64,000 bases of DNA from Antedon mediterranea. Taxonomy: Eukaryota > Animalia > Echinodermata. This document shows, piece after piece, positions 1 through 12,200 of the stretch (position 1 is its first letter; every line of letters starts with the position of its first letter). The translations under genes and the position numbers were made by a program. The stretch spans positions 3,472,001-3,536,000 of the forward strand of contig NC_092674.1 in assembly GCF_964355755.1 (NCBI RefSeq), written 5' to 3'. The notes below the pieces were generated by a model that did no database searches, was not told the DNA's origin, and worked only from the letters and a program-made list of their open reading frames with translations.

Positions 1-376
1 GTTCCGCGACACTATCAGTTCCACGACAGACACTGCACGCCATGGAGAATATGTACATACAGTGGTACTGTTGGTTGTTGCATCCAGACATAAGATCGAA
101 GGACTGTTATGAGTTCCTATCTTGGCAAAGCGAGCTCAGTGTCCTGTTGTTGTAAGTTGCAGCAATGTGACAGACAATAATTAAGGATTTTTTAACACAG
201 TAGTACAGAGATTTTCTGTGCTGTACATAATTTTAGTTTAAAAAAAATACTATTTAAATGAAGTATCTAGTAAGTAAGAATACAGCCACTGGAAACGTGT
301 TTATAGTAATAACTACCGTAATATGCTATTATTATTATTATATATATATATATATATTGTATCCAGACGTAGTTGA

Positions 377-1132
377 GGGTGTCTAGAAAACTCAGATCTC
401 AGATATCTGACTTGTCTAGATCTAGAAAACTCAGATATCAATATCTGGATTTTCTAGTTCCAAAGGTCATTTGGATCATTCCATTATTAATCAGAAGGTA
501 CTGTAGGTCATTTGAAATACTAGAGTATTATATTATTGAAACTGGTTACTGTGTACGTTGTTTTCTTACTAATATTGTAACAGCGGCCTACGGCTTAAAT
601 CATAAAGAAAATACAGTGCACGTTACCGTTAAAATGTAGGCTTAAAAATTAGGTATGTACGAGTTGGTGTGGGTAAGAGTTGGTTGAGGTCTGAGTTAGC
701 CAAATTGGTAATAGGTACGAGTTATTTTGGGTACAAGTTGACTACTTCTAGCCTAGTACCCGGGCCAGGCCTACTCTTTGCGATACATCGCGATAGCGCC
801 AACACGTTCAGCCGCAAAATTGAGTTTGCTTAGCTAGGCTCAGCCTAAATGCTAAGCCTACATTTTAAAAGGTGTATACTGTATTTCTTTATGATTTAAC
901 ATAGGCCGCTACTACAAGTTACAATAATTATTATTATTAGTATAATACTGTAGTATTTCAAACAAGCTACCTATTAAGGTGATCTGGGTTTTCTAGTTCC
1001 ATTTTGGAACTAGAAAACTCAGATATTGATAGTCAGATATCTGAGTTTTCTAGATCTAGAAAAGTCAGATATCTGAGTTTTCTAGATCTAGAAAACTCGG
1101 ATATATCTGAGATCTGAGTTTTCTAGACACCC
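377..1132. mobile_element. Foldback-type non-autonomous DNA transposon (MULE-like) with long modular TIRs
   Basis: Begins GGGTGTCTAGAAAACTCAGATCTCAG and ends CTGAGATCTGAGTTTTCTAGACACCC. Inverted arms are built of TCTAGAAAACTCAGATATC subrepeats. Perfect 9-bp TSD CGTAGTTGA at 368-376 and 1133-1141; 9-bp TSDs are typical of Mutator. Confidence 0.85.
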
Positions 1133-1225
1133 CGTAGTTGAACTTTAATGCAGAAATGAATGCAGAAGTTACAGTAGATCTTTAAAAATGTTTACCAAAA
1201 ATTATTATACTTTATTGATTTACAG

Positions 1226-2519
1226 AATCGACAAGAGCACTGATAATTTAGTACCAGGAACTGAAACGCTAGGCACCTACGATGCTTTTGTGAACGGACT
1301 GAACAAGTACTTCTTGAACCCTGACCTGAGTGATGTCACTCTCCATGTTGGCAATGATTCGTACTGCGCTCACAAGTTCTTTCTCGCAGCCTCAAGCGAT
1401 GTCTTTAGAACGATGCTCACAGAACCAAAATGGAAGGATTCTTTGACGTGTGACATACATTTAGAAGAACAAGAAGAATGCATTTTTTACTTCGATAAAT
1501 TCTTGAGTTATTTCTATTGTGGTCAAGTAACGGTCTGCGTTAATAGCATCATGCCAATTTTTACTCTCGCTGATAAATACAACGTTGACAGACTACGAAA
1601 ACTGTGCGAGGAATATATGACGAAGCAAATCGGGCAAGGGAACGTGACAGGGGCGCTGGATTGGTTAACATTTGCAGAGATGTATGACCTGAATAACTTG
1701 GTGGATAGATGTTATGCTGTAATACGTTCAAACCTTCCTCTTGTAATCCACACCGAAGGATGGTTCTCTTTAACTATCGACCAAGTATGTCAGATTTCTA
1801 CAAGCTCAGAGGTAATTATACGCGACGAATATTCATTTTTCAAAGCGCTTGAAAATTGGCTGAAATTTCGGAATGATAGCAACACAGGTGAGCAGTTGCG
1901 TTGTCTGCTGAAGCATGTCCGATTCACGCAGATGGCTTCCGAGCAGATTCTTCTGATCGAAAACTCCGCATTCGGATTCGAGCATCAAGATATACTTAAG
2001 GACTACATTCTTGAAGGTTATAAGTTCCATGCGTTGTCCACCATGTCTAATCTGTTCCACCAGGATAAATTTCTACCACGATTGTTTTTAAGTGGACCTC
2101 ATTGTCATGTGATTAATGCTAACGTTCTTTCTCAGCAATATTTTACTGTGAATGCTATGCAACATGGACAGAAACCGCGCTGCGCAACGCCTTGGTACAT
2201 GGTAGCCAGTCTGGTGAAGGCCAAGCCTAAAGAAGGAGTTCGCTACATTGAAGACTGCCTAATGACTTATAAACTACAGGCTCCAAATTCAGAAATTGGA
2301 AAAGCGTACAGAGTCGCTATCGTCATCTACAACAAAGACGATAAATTTATAGGTGGAGTTACAGATTCGGGAACTATTTCGCATCCAGAAGGACCATCGG
2401 CCAGTATCCACTGGAATTTACAAACTAACATTATAAATATTCAGATGCCGGTTCCGCTTGAGCGATCTAAGGATAATAAGGTCAAACACGGAGTCGTTAT
2501 TCAAGTATATTCAAGTTAA
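1226..2519 (+). CDS. BTB/POZ-BACK domain protein (BTBD17-like, no kelch repeats), main coding exon
   Basis: BTB motif LSDVTLHVG...AHKFFLAASSDVFRTML...LADKYNV followed by a BACK region (EYSFFKALENWL, LLKHVRFTQM). Acceptor TTTACAG at 1225, so the ORF-track ATG at 1188 is probably intronic. A phase-compatible donor GTAAGT at 152 suggests an upstream exon (<=42..151). AATAAA at 2561. Confidence 0.85.
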
Positions 2520-3187
2520 AAGTGTTAAAAACACTGCCTATTATTAACAGTAAGAAGATGAATAAATATACTATAATTCAGTGCTTTGATTTTAAAAAAC
2601 ATTAGTGTATTAGATTTTATATTGTACACAGAAACTTGTTATGGCAAAGAGGCATATACAAGGCATGGTATTTTTGTTGAAAAGATTTGTTATGTTTAAT
2701 TTATATCCAGAGTTCAGACCTCATTTTACCTGTATTGTTTCCATACCACGATTTCATTAAAAACTTTAAAATAAATGTACAGTGTGGTATCATTTGTATA
2801 AAGCGTTTTTTACAGATTTAAATGCAAGTTATAATTAAATTGAAATAGCTTTTTATGACTGAATTTTTTTGTGTAAAAACTTTGTGACATTTGTTATTTA
2901 GCCACCAGACAGATCACTGCTGCTTACATCAGAATATTGTGGCTTTACGCTTGACTGCCTCTAATTAATAATAAACAGTTTTAATAAATGTCACATGCAT
3001 TTTGAGTCGGACAGTTAAATTACTTTGTGACAATTTTTAACCAAAGTAAATTAAATATACCATACCATACTTTTTTTTTACTTTTTAAGAATAAAATCGA
3101 TACGCATGCAGTGAATCGATACCTCTTGCTTGTCGTCTTCCTAATTTGATTGCATATTCATTAAATGTTCAGCCACGCGTAGAGAAA

Positions 3188-3212
3188 TCACGTGGATGGT
3201 TGTTCACGTGAC
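3188..3212 (+). promoter_or_regulatory. Two E-boxes, one CLEAR-like, upstream of the sialidase ATG
   Basis: TCACGTG at 3188-3194 and TCACGTGAC at 3204-3212, 33-57 bp before ATG 3245 of a lysosomal-type hydrolase gene. Confidence 0.55.
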
Positions 3213-3244
3213 TTAAATAACAACAACACCCACAACCACACATA

Positions 3245-5121
3245 ATGGCTGGCCTAAAAATTGTTGTTAAATCTCTCTTTTGTGTATATTTATATTATGT
3301 CGCACTAACAGATTGTATGACAGTAACACCAGAGATTGTTTTAGAGCAATCGTTATGGATTTCAACTAAAGATGCGGAGATTAGTGAGTACAGAACACCG
3401 ATTATGGTACGAGCCCCGAACGGAGATCTTCTCGCATTTTCCGGTGCTCGAAAAACCAGCCACGGGGATGCCTCAGCGAAGGTGATCATGATGCGGAGGT
3501 CAGAGGATGGTGGTAATAAATGGGGGCCTAGCATATTTGTAGTTGATGATTATCAAAACACAGATGGCTTGAATATGGGTAATGTAATTGTGGACGAACA
3601 GACAGGTGCAATTATAATTATATATTGTTTCTGTATTCACAATCAATGTGATTTTAAAAAATTCACCCCAACAAATTACAAAACTGTTAGCTATGATAAT
3701 GGTTACACATGGACTCCATCAGTTAATCTGGCAGACAAGTCACCATTCTTTGAGGGATGGAATTGGGCTCCTGGACCAGGCTATGGAATTCAGAAAAAAT
3801 TTGAACCAAACGTGGGCCGACTTTTTTCATGTGGACATTGGGGCAACACGACGTATGGATTGATGACTTGTGTTTATAGTGATGGTAAATACATTTCTAA
3901 CAATTTATATTCAATTCAACGTAAACATTTATTTTCTTTCTTTCATCTTTCAAAAACAATAACAAAATATAAATAAATAAGGTACTACTTAAACAAGGTA
4001 GGTAGTATTGAATTTGAAATATATATAAAAAAAACAAAACAAATATCAATCAAACATATTTATTTATCTTATCTTTTATATTAAATTTCATGAAATTATT
4101 ACTATTTTCTCTTTTTTTCTTCCTTTTTCTTTTTTTTTATATGTACAGTATTTATTAACAACAAATAAACCTTGTGATAATAATAATACAACAAAATTAA
4201 AAAAGAAAGTATCCACTTAAATAGAGATTGGTTTGCCGTTTGTTTCACAAGAGTACTTACTTTATAGGGTGTCTCTGAATAGAGAGGTGTCCCAATGGGC
4301 CACGGTTCTGGTTTAATTTATTATAGACCAATCCAATAAGTTAATAAATAGTAACTACATAATATAATTTAGCAGAATTAATCAGTACAGTTGCTAGTTA
4401 ACTTAATTTAGACCTAGTTATTGTTATAAAAGCAAGATATCTGTATTTACTATGTCATGTATGTGTGTTTTTTGTTAGACCATGGTGAGACTTGGACCCA
4501 GAGTGAATTCCTGGTATATTTACCAAATAATATGCCAAAAAAAGCAGGAGATTTTACACCAGGTGAACCACAGGTAAAAAGTTAATGTTCTTAATGTAAC
4601 TTTATACAGTAGTAAAAAACTGCTGAAAATCTAGTCAATATTAAATTTATTGTTTCACTGGTATGTTTTCATGAAAGAAACTAACATATAATCTCTTCCT
4701 TCCTTTCTCTTCTCTTTAGATTGTAGAGTTGTCAGATGGAAGGCTTCTCATCAACGCCCGAAACCAGCACTTTTTCCATTCGCAAAATCGACTAATCTTT
4801 TACAGCGATGACGGCGGAAAGACATTCCCGCTGTCGAAAATGCGCGTCGATACGACACTAATTGAGCCTGGTTGCTTTGGGAGTACTCTCCTTTATCGAG
4901 ATGTCATGTTCTTTTCAAACCCTTTTGATGCAAAGGGAAGAGTGAACATGACCCTACATTGGAGTCTGAATGAGGGCTTAGATTGGGCTGGCGGCCTCAA
5001 TATTTACACTAAAGGAAGTGCTTACTCCTGCCTATCGCCTATTGACGATAATCACATCGGACTTCTCTTTGAAAAAGATGGTTATAAAGAAATGTATTTT
5101 GTTAAAATAAAGTTTTTGTAG
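3245..5121 (+). CDS. NEU1: Sialidase-1-like neuraminidase (GH33), 3 coding exons: 3245-3884, 4479-4573, 4720-5121
   Basis: Hydrophobic signal peptide; YRTP (FRIP-like) motif; Asp-boxes SEDGGNKW, SYDNGYTW, SDDHGETW, SDDGGKTF, SLNEGLDW; GPGYGIQK, INARNQ, AYS and LLFEK as in NEU1. GT-AG introns keep the frame. Confidence 0.88.
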
Positions 5122-6280
5122 TTTCTAGATATACTGTATTATCATTTACTGATTTCCTATATACACAAACTCGCATTTTGTATATAGAACTTGTATTTCT
5201 TTAGTCATCAATGAATATTGGGATTACACGTACTGTTATATTTACATTTTAAAAATATATTTTAGTCTACTCCGTAGCATTGTTATTATTATACTGACAC
5301 AGGGGTCATGATTTAATGATGAACTTAATGTGACCTCCTTCCACCCATGTATTATACACTGTATACGTATGTTTGTTTAAATTCATTTAAATGAGTGGAA
5401 AATATATGAAACGAATGGTGGTGGTGATTTAATTGATAGTTTGTATAATAAAGTCACTGTTTTCAATGGGTTACAAATTCCAATTAATTAATGCAAGGCA
5501 TTAATTATGATAAGCACTACTTAATAATATGATTGGCTTTCACTAATTTATTTAATTTATAAGTCTGCTTTAATTTAATCATGTTATTATTAAGCTATTA
5601 ACTTTGAGCAATAGCTTAAAATTAATTTTGTTTTTTTTTAATGTACAGTATACTGTACATATAATACCTTGAAATATTTAGATAAAATGTGTACTTTATT
5701 CTTATATTTGATATAAAAAATAAAATTATTGTAAATTTTGATTATATAATTATATTTTTAAATAAATAAATACTGTGATTAGCAAAGCCAAAAAATGCTT
5801 AGTTATTTTGTTTTCAACACAAATTTGAAACAAACAATGTATAATCGAATATCAATCAATCAATTAATAATACATTTTATTTCTCAAATAAAAACAAAAG
5901 TACAGATACAATTTTCGAAAATAATACATAAAATAATAAATTAAGAACGCCTGTACAAAACTTTGAAATTTATTATAGAGTAAAATAACAAACCTACTTG
6001 GAATACCGTAAATGTAAATATCTTTAAAAAAATTGAATATTTATAAACTTGTCTGATGGTAAACCAATCACCATTCAATGTATCACGTCGAGGGGCGGGC
6101 CCGGATCTAATCAAGCGGAAACGCTACGATCGATTGTTTACGTCGTCCGGCGGCTTCACACGTCAACATCCAAGGCTGGTGGTGATGATAATGAATCACG
6201 AAAAATTCCACTATTTTATATCCGTGTTGATGGAATAAATTCATTTCAATCAGAATTGCCACTGTATTCAACGTCTAAAG

Positions 6281-9200
6281 ATGGAAGTGAATTATCTGTC
6301 AATAGATCCATATCATTGTACTCTTTTTGACGAGCAGAAAAAATGTGTAAGTACTTATTTATATACTGAACTGTGAAAATGAAATAGCCTAGGCCTAGGC
6401 CTACTGCTAGCTAGACCTAGGCCTAGGACCCGACAGAAAAGCCAAACAGACGAGCAAAATAAAACACGCCCACTGCCGCACCTGTGTGTCACTGAGAATT
6501 TAGTCTACCGACCTAACTACAGTAGGCATAGGCCCTAGTAGTATCCCAAGGGTAGTAGGCCTAAAATAAAAAGAATTATAGTGTGCATTTACTAGCCTAG
6601 AGGCCTAGCCTAAACCTGCTAGCTTAGTATTAGTAGGCCTATCGTTTTTATTTTTTAGTTCACATATATATTGAACTGAATAAATTAATATTATTAATAT
6701 TAAATTATTATAAAACAAAAATGTATCTTGTGGGAGGAAATTAAATTGGTTTCTTATTATTATGTTGCAGGATATCATTGTTGCAGTCAAACGATTTGTG
6801 GCGTCCTTTTCTATCATTGGATGGTAAGTTGATTAAATATCGTGGTGAATGGGTGTATAGAGGCCTGCTTTTAACCAATCATAAAAACCATTCAACTACA
6901 CTTTACCACAAACAACAACTCCCTCTCTTTGAAATATTTAATATTTTGATTAAATGTTTTTGTGTAAATAAAAGTGAAGGTAATGATGTAATTATATTGT
7001 ATATTATATATTGATGTGGTGAAATGTATATAAGAAATGTCGTTTCTTTCTGACTTTTATTTAATACTGTATATGTTGTGTTTTTATGTAAAAGGGTTCT
7101 GCGAAAACAGAATTGTAAAATTCTTTATGCAGGACCCTTGCTATCAATTTATATACTGAAATTGTAATTACGATGACTTAATGAATGTGAATTGAAAAAA
7201 AAAAAGAAGTTATGTATAGAATCTTGTCTCAAACCTGCAAGCGATTACCAATATTACAAACTCCATATTTATGTTTAGTATGGAATAAATGATTGACTAA
7301 ATTAGAAAAATGTAACATTATTTTTACAGCGTGGCAATGATCAGTCTTATTTGGCTTTTTCGGAAATATTTATTTTTTGCTCAGCGCATGATACTTTCGT
7401 TGAGCATAGCAGCTCTCTTTGATTCGTTGGCCATGATGGTAAGGAGCCATTTCATACATCATGTTCCATAGAATTCTTTCAGTACTTGTAGTATTATGTT
7501 TATATGTCATCTTTTCCACCTAATATGCCAACTGTGTCAATCATTTACATTATTGTAAGCATATAAAGGAAGTAGTTCAGATCAGAATTTCCTACAGGTA
7601 ATAATAATACATAATGATATTTAAATTAAAACTGTAAATATTTGATTGAATAAAAAAAAACATTTCGCTTACTAGCCCTTTAGCTCCTTAGCAAATGTCT
7701 ATGAATACATGGTTAGATTTTTATATAGTGAGAAATAATGTGTTTAAAAGGAGACAATACCGGGTTCAGTAAGCCTAATCTATTGCAGAGATCAGGAAGC
7801 TGCTTGGATATTTTCTTAATCTTTTGGTTTTGAAGGACTTTAGAAAATCTAAAACAAAAGGCTCACTCACAGGCTTTTATGAATAATGAATCTTATTGTA
7901 AAATAGTATACAATTAATTTTCAGAAAAAGTACTACCTGTTTCAATATTGCAGAAATTAGAAAATTCTAATATTTGTTTATTTTTTCGTTTCAAAGACAC
8001 TGAAATATGATTAAAACAAAGCAAATGTTCTTGATAGTTGATGTTGATCACATTTTCATCAGTTGTATAATAAGATTCACATGATAAATATTGAATTCAT
8101 AATACTGTATTCTTTTCAATCATTTTGAATGTACTTCTCATCAGTGGAGCTATGAGCACTCACTGGCTAAACATTAAAATATGTCAGAAAAAGCTAAGAA
8201 CGCCCAAGGTCTTCAGCATTGGAGGGCAACTTAGAGTGTTCCTGAACCAGGGGCATTTGGTCACTGCTTCTCATCACTCATTTCATAAAAGGAACAGAAA
8301 CTCAGCATGTTTACTTTATTAATAAAAAAAACCTTTTTTTAAAACTGTAAAAGAAAACTCTGAACTATATTATTATTATAAAATGTTTCACTTCTATTTT
8401 CTTCTGTTTGTTGTTTTATATGATAACAAGTACAACCACATTTTGAATTTTCAATTATAGTATATTTATAAAATTGTTACCAATGTTGCTGAGTATTGTA
8501 TATATTCCCATAGTGACTGGGTATGAAATTTGAGAAAAAAATTACCAGGAATGGAATTTAACTTGTTGCGAATTTAGCCTAAATTACTGGGTGCGCTTGT
8601 ACAGTACTACCATTGGATTTACTGGTATTTATTTATCCTACATTCCATGGTGTAGTTTCTATCCTTTTTTTCATATTTTCAGTCTTTTTATCATCACACT
8701 CATATGGCTTTTCAAAAAGTATTTGTTTTTTACGCAACGTCTCATCTTGTATCTAAGCTGTGCTGCTTTCATTGACGCTATAGCGTATGTCATGGTGAGG
8801 ATTCATTTTCAAATATTTTTTACAGTTGTTGAATGCCTCCTTCTTTTGGGACACTATTAAGGAGAAACTTTTCCATTTCAACAAAGAAGGAGAAATATGT
8901 TTGTTTTAATGCTACCGGCAACCCTTCTTTTGGGACACTCCTATAAAGAAAACACTTTTCCATTGAAACAAACAAGGAGACTATCTTCCTCTGGGCGGAA
9001 CAAGAACACTTTTCCCATCAAGGTTGATTCAAGGGGAGAGGCCCAGTCAGTTAATGGCTTGATCTATTTACATATATTGTATAATACAGTATTATATTAT
9101 TAAACTTTATATGATAAAAAATGTAATGTGCCCATATGAACATGTCATATTTGGCCATATCACTAACTTATTTGGGTACATCACACTTTTTTTTGATAGT

Positions 9201-12200
9201 GTAGACAGAGCTTAATAAAAAATTTCCCATTTAAGTAAGTTCACAAAATAATAGAATTTATTTGTTTTATTACAACAGGGAGATATCCATCCTGATGGTG
9301 CCTGGTGTGAGTTCCAGGCTTGGATGTTATCCTTCTTTGGTAAATACATTTATATTTTTAAGTTCAAATGTATTCAGAAAATTATACCGATGTCATCTGT
9401 TATATCATGTTGCATATTCCCTTGTTCCAGTTGCTCCTCTTTTATTCTCTATAGCTTTTAATTGTCTAGAACTTTGAACTTTTGTCATGTATTTAAATAC
9501 TAAATTCTGTAAAAAGAGTGTAAAAACTGGTTTTTTTTTCTGTCATAGATTGGGCGGTACTTTTATGGGTGTGTTGTATCACCTTCAATTTGTATTACAA
9601 CGTGATTAAATTAAAGAGTTCTGAGAAGTTTGAAATGTAAGTAGAAAGTACATTAGGTATTATAGAACTTTTTAAAAAAATAAATAAATACACAATAGAG
9701 AGCTTTCAATTTGCGATGAAAAAGGAATAAGTTAGGTCATGTTATCAAATTCATATGTGGGCAAGTCTGAACATCAGGGCATCACGTATGCAAAACCCAG
9801 GAGAGCAACAAATCGCTCTCCTCAAATCACCGAGGAGAGCAATTCGCTCTCCTTGCAAAAATTTTAAATCGCTCTCCTCAAATATTTATGTTGAAGTTGA
9901 AGGATGGTCGCCCTTATTAAAAATGGCTGGCCCTTATTAATTTTTTGTACACATTTTTTTGCCCGACAGGGGATAACCCCCCCCCCCTCGGGCACAACAA
10001 ATGTATACTGTACCTCTCCCCTAAAATCCCCCACACCCACCTTTACACACAATATTTTCCGTGGGGATCGTATTATTCTACAGTACAAAAAACTCAAGCC
10101 AATTTTTTTTTTATGGCCTGGGTAGATTGGGTTTCAGGAGCCTGGAGAATCCTGTCCTGGCCAACTATATGCCTTTCTTTAGCCTAGCTTTTCTAGCCTA
10201 GCTTGTTGGCCTAGAAATCAGACAGAAAACCTGAAAAGTATTTACCTGCAATTCATAAATTATACAATTCTAACATGCAACAGCCATTAAAATATTGATA
10301 ATAAGTTACAAAGTGTCATTTTAAAATAATTAAGAAAGATATTTGATCGTGTTTACATGTGTCACACATGGGCGCACGCACAATAGGGGAGGGCTGAGAG
10401 AGCTTCTAGAAGATGCTGACGTCACACATCAGCACGTGTTTTGAGGAGGATTTGAGTGACCAAAATTGGTTAGAACTTTTGAAGAAATAATCCATCTTCA
10501 AAATGACATAATTAAAGCAACCAGCAGCTAAGCTTTTTTAAATAATAAACATTATATTTAGGCCTCCTATATTAATGTTTCCTTTTAAATTTAAATATAT
10601 TTTATTAACTCGTTCCATAAAAACATAAAGGGAAAAATTATTGGTTGGGACATGATCTTCCTGTAAAGGAGGTGTTTCTATGACACCGTACTGGTTGCAC
10701 TATGAGGCGATGAAGTAAACTCGCCCTTGAATGCGCGCAGGCAGGGGAATCCCCTTTGTTGGTACCTCGCACTGTGAGATGGAGCGCGATGAATTGCTCT
10801 CCTTTTCGAAGGTTGTTGATTGCGATCGCGCTCGCGATCCTTAAAAACGAGGGACTGCCATTAGGCTTGTAGCTTTATAACTTAGCTTATAGGCCTAGGT
10901 TTTAACTTTTAAAAATCCACGTGTTTTTAGGCCTCTTGACAGAAAAATCAACACTGTCAAAATCTAGGCTCTATTTTGAAAATTAAGGAGCGCGATAAAT
11001 TGCTCTCCTCGAAGCCTGTTGAGGAGCGCGGAGGAGCGCGGTCGCGCAGGCGCTCCTTATAAATGATGCCCTGGAACATACTTGAGTGGTTCCTAGATCC
11101 ATATCAGTTCCCGGTTGTCGCAAATCGAATGCTCTCTAAAGCTCTGTCTACACTATCAAACTTTATGTGAAAAAAAAACGTGATGTGCCCAAATATTTTA
11201 GTGGTATGACATAATCATGTCCATATATTATATGGGCACATCACATTTTGTTGTCACATAAAGTTTGATAGTGTAGACAGAGCTTTACTGATAAAATGCA
11301 CCAAAATGTATTAAATTTATTTGATTCAAACATATTATTATGATTTTAGGACAGATTCTCATAATTCCGAAATAAAGTTTGTTACAAATAATATATGCTT
11401 ACAATGCTTTCTTTATTATTCTAGACTTTATCATGCAATATCATGGGGATTTTCTCTCTTTATTTCACTTCTTCCATTCATTGGTGACCACTACGGGCCT
11501 GCTGGAGCATGGTGGTAAGTTTAAACATGTCTGAAGCTCTGTCTACACTATCAAACTAGTTTGACAAAAAAAAGTGTGATGTGCCCAAATATGGTAGTAA
11601 TATGCCCAAATGTGGTAGTGATATGGTCAAATGTGGTAGTAATATGCCCAAATGTGGTAGTCATGTGCCCAAATGTGGTAGTGATATGACATCATCATGT
11701 CCATATATGGCACATCACATTTGTTTGTCATATAAAGTTTGATAGTGTGGACAGAGGTTTATGGACATTGGACATTGTTTATAAACAAGCAACCAATCAA
11801 TAAGCCCTTCTGTGTGGCGTAGGCAAATTAATGTTATGTGCCACCTGTACTAAAACTGTATTCTTTATGCATGCTGAATTGATTTGAATTAATTTGGAAA
11901 ATCAGTTTAAAAAATACATACAAAGTCATAAAATTTAATATTATAAATATTACAAATAAATATGTTTATAAAAGATTTTCCAGGATAGCCCAAAAAACTA
12001 AGACGTAATCAACTTTGTACTGTATCTCTAAAGCTTTGTCTACACTATCAAACTTAATGTGACAAAACAAATGTGATGTGTCCATATACAGTATGGACAC
12101 GATGACGATATTTGGGCACATGACACTTTTTTCTACCAAACTAGTTTGATAGTGTAGACAGAGCTTTAGATCTAAAATTTCAGAATTAAAACATAAAAAT

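Noticed and set aside
8534-8682. Open frame running into GPCR exon B as an alternative N-terminus
   Set aside because: No in-frame ATG after the stop at 8531 and no phase-compatible donor; a good acceptor exists at 8682
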